From a virus: a stretch of DNA of 64,000 bases. This document shows, piece by piece, positions 62,993-64,000 of the stretch. The position numbers and the translations under genes are program-made. The notes below the pieces were generated by a model that did no database searches, was not told the origin of the DNA, and saw only the letters and a list, made by a program, of their open reading frames with translations. The DNA lies in IMG/VR virus record IMGVR_UViG_3300038312_000193; one strand, given 5' to 3'. The stretch's first letter is position 1; each line of letters opens with the position of its first letter.

Positions 62993-63388
62993 TTATAAAT
63001 TATTACCAATCAATCCTTTTAATACGTCTATTACATCATAAGTTATTTCTTTACTTTCCTTATTCATTATAAAACCATTAAATTTTACTTCATTTTCTTC
63101 TAATTGCGTTTGAATTTGACCTAATAGCTTATATATGTCATTATCTTCCATGCCGCTATTAATGTCAAGGATATAATTATCATTATTGTCTTTTAATAGT
63201 TCATCAAGAGTAATTTGATTATATTGAGCAATAATAATCAATCTGGTGATATCTATAGTCTTTATAGTCTCTTTCTTTTTTAAATCCAAAAGCCAATCGC
63301 CGGGGAGTCCCATTGCTTTACCCCAATCGGCATAATTTTTATATCCAGACCGTTCAAATAGTTTATTAATTTTCTGTCCAATATTCAT
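62993..63388 (-). CDS. XRE-type HTH transcriptional regulator
   Basis: MNIGQKINKL...IAQYNQITLDELL N-terminal HTH pattern. Confidence 0.7.
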   Translation of the reverse strand: MNIGQKINKLFERSGYKNYADWGKAMGLPGDWLLDLKKKETIKTIDITRLIIIAQYNQITLDELLKDNNDNYILDINSGMEDNDIYKLLGQIQTQLEENEVKFNGFIMNKESKEITYDVIDVLKGLIGNNL

Positions 63389-63413
63389 TTATTCAACTCC
63401 TTTATTTATTAAG

Positions 63414-63803
63414 TTACTGCCATTTATTATTAATATACTTTTGCCCGTAATTATTTTGAGTAAAACATAATAATTCTCTCTCAGTAGAAAAAATTAATGA
63501 ATTTTTATTTATCCATTCATTATAATTATTTTCAATTTTACATAATCTCCATTGTTCGGGATATTTTAATATACTCACTAGATTTTCTTGTCCTTTTTCT
63601 ATTTGTTTAAGAAGGCGGTAATTTGTTTTTTCATATAATAAACGATTTAATGTATCGAAACTTGTTTCTTTTATTAATTTTTCTAATATCTCTATTTGTG
63701 AATTAAGATAAGAGATATGTTTGAAATTATATCCCTTATCTATTAATCCATCTTTAAGATATGTTATTATTTTATATCTTCTCCACATTGTTACTAGAAT
63801 CAT
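63414..63803 (-). CDS. Hypothetical protein
   Basis: ORF track; start uncertain. Confidence 0.45.
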   Translation of the reverse strand: MILVTMWRRYKIITYLKDGLIDKGYNFKHISYLNSQIEILEKLIKETSFDTLNRLLYEKTNYRLLKQIEKGQENLVSILKYPEQWRLCKIENNYNEWINKNSLIFSTERELLCFTQNNYGQKYINNKWQ

Positions 63804-64000
63804 ACACGCAACAACTCCTTATACTGATAAAACATATCTTTTATTACGTACCAGTAAGAAGATTCTTTATTGCTTGTATTTTCTTTAACACCATAGTTAT
63901 ATCGGACACAAACATCATCAAAATCTCTATCGGTTATTTCACCTTTTTCTTTATAAATATCAAAACACATTTGTAACATCCCCGAAAAATAGATGCTGGA

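Noticed and set aside
3400-63976. Short opposite-strand or alternate-frame ORFs in the track (e.g. 3400, 4109, 7985, 10811, 13833, 22677, 35870, 51872)
   Set aside because: They are shadows of well-supported genes, with no RBS or motifs noticed

Overview
64 kb of a large, very AT-rich temperate phage of an anaerobic Firmicute, with SPbeta/c-st-like organisation. The + strand (1-15.3 kb) carries the end of the tail module, a tyrosine recombinase and the lysis module. The - strand (15.7-64 kb) carries tRNA-Leu(GAG), a large serine integrase, nucleotide metabolism genes (ThyX, dUTPase, dNMP kinase, class III RNR), a replisome (RecD2, DnaE, primase, DnaB, ATPase, SSB-like, LigA), four DNA methyltransferases, a NADAR and a long array of small accessory ORFs. 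About 11 free-standing endonuclease genes or remnants and a solo TnpB are scattered through it. The main unexplained structure is about 35 copies of a 12-6-12 bp palindromic site (consensus near ATCRTKAYMAAA-N6-TTTKRTNWTGAT, every spacer different). The sites sit at stop-codon/RBS junctions of accessory genes, often with a second 7-8-7 palindrome at a fixed 12-bp or 2-bp offset, and one copy lies just downstream of an intact tyrosine recombinase. This is a candidate integron/pdif-like gene-cassette system in a phage. The TnpB lies between two such sites, and its predicted guide reads into one of them. Several orphan structured RNAs and recurrent ATA starts were also seen. All motif counts and folds were made by eye; no searches were run.
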